Positions 63,133 to 64,000 of a stretch of DNA of 64,000 nt are shown piece by piece. Position 1 is the stretch's first letter. Each line of letters starts with the position of its first letter. This DNA comes from Eledone cirrhosa. Lineage: Eukaryota. The DNA lies in the NCBI GenBank assembly GCA_964016885.1, contig OZ024743.1:308636001-308700000 (forward strand). The letters are read 5' to 3'. The notes under the pieces are model-generated. The model did no database searches, was not told the DNA's origin, and saw only the letters and a program-made list of their open reading frames with translations. Position numbers and translations under genes: made by a program.

Positions 63133-64000
63133 TCAGTTTATATTACTGCATAGCTTACGGGGCCAATGCACCCTTCGCCCAGAACGGGTCGTAGTTCTGT
63201 GTGTTGATGGTGGGGGAGGGGAAGAAATAGGCCTGTGTGGCAAAGAAAAAGAGGGGGGCATTTGAGTTTCAAGTGTCATTGTGTCATTGTCCAGGTTTGC
63301 TCGTTTGAGACGATCAACGGAAACCGTTTCCCTGGAACCCCGAATGTCCAGTGTGAAACGCGAGCAAGCACACGATAGGGTCCAGAGTACGGCCGTTGAA
63401 GAGGGGGTCTCACGGCGTCGTCTCTAACGAACACATGGGTCCACAAGGCAATATCCCTTGGGACGGCAGTTTTTACAGTCTGCTTCCTAGTGCCCATCGG
63501 TGGTAGATCCTTGAAATAAGAGTGAAGCCGGGACACGTAGGAAGCGGGGTCCTGCGAAGTCAGGTCAAAAGGGGCCAGCATTTGCCCCGGTAACGCCAGA
63601 GGCGTACCATAAACTAATTCGGCAGAGGAGAACACAAGGTCCACCTTTACCGTCGACCGAATACCCAACAATACAATGGGTAGGTACTCGCTCCAACGTG
63701 AAGAGTCCATGGAAGCCCTTAAGGAGGCTTTGAGCTGCCTGTGGAATCTTTCCACCATTCCGTTTGAGGCTGGGTGGTAAGCCGTGGTTCTTATTCGAGT
63801 AGCCCCCAGGATTTGGGTTAGACTCGAATTGACGACCACGATCCGTTGTTATGGTGGTTGGTACACCGAAACGAGCGATCCACGAAGATACGAGGGTACG
63901 GGCTGTGGTTTCGGCGGTGATATCTGTTATAGGGACGGCTTCAGGCCAACGCGAAAAATGGTCAACAATCGTCAAAAGATACGAAAAACCACGACTAACC
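63133..64000 (-). mobile_element. Ty3/Gypsy LTR retrotransposon integrase, frameshifted, runs off the window
   Basis: [14 protein letters not shown]...TDRGRQFES...[17 protein letters not shown] (DDE core), PYSGPY motif and C-terminal TTRSGRRVHWP before TGA at 63135-63133. Confidence 0.92.

Overview
AT-rich, repeat-dense animal genomic DNA. The SINE and RTE repertoire looks like an octopod cephalopod, which is an inference from repeat types only. The single host gene I can support is a + strand ARHGEF7/ARHGEF6 (PIX/Cool family Rho-GEF) orthologue. Ten GT-AG exons between 26717 and 61663 splice in consistent phases into 345 codons covering the SH3 C-terminal part, DH domain and most of the PH domain. 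The N-terminal SH3 exon was not found in the window and the gene continues past its end. The rest is intronic or intergenic and filled with transposons: many RTE LINE copies with a PHD-type finger inside the RT region, a near-intact Penelope-like element (Naiad-type) at about 52940-56140 (-), CR1-group and CRE-type (RLE) LINE fragments, a Gypsy integrase, a probable solo LTR, non-autonomous Helitrons, piggyBac/hAT/mariner MITEs, two tRNA-derived SINE families and several mini/microsatellites. The most interesting signal is a set of type-I hammerhead-ribozyme folds. One with an extended stem II and a U4C core variant marks the 3' end of the Penelope-like element. A second, different family lies at its 5' end and recurs in short non-coding dispersed elements. 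Two further decayed motifs lie in other introns. All folds were made by eye and none has been tested.
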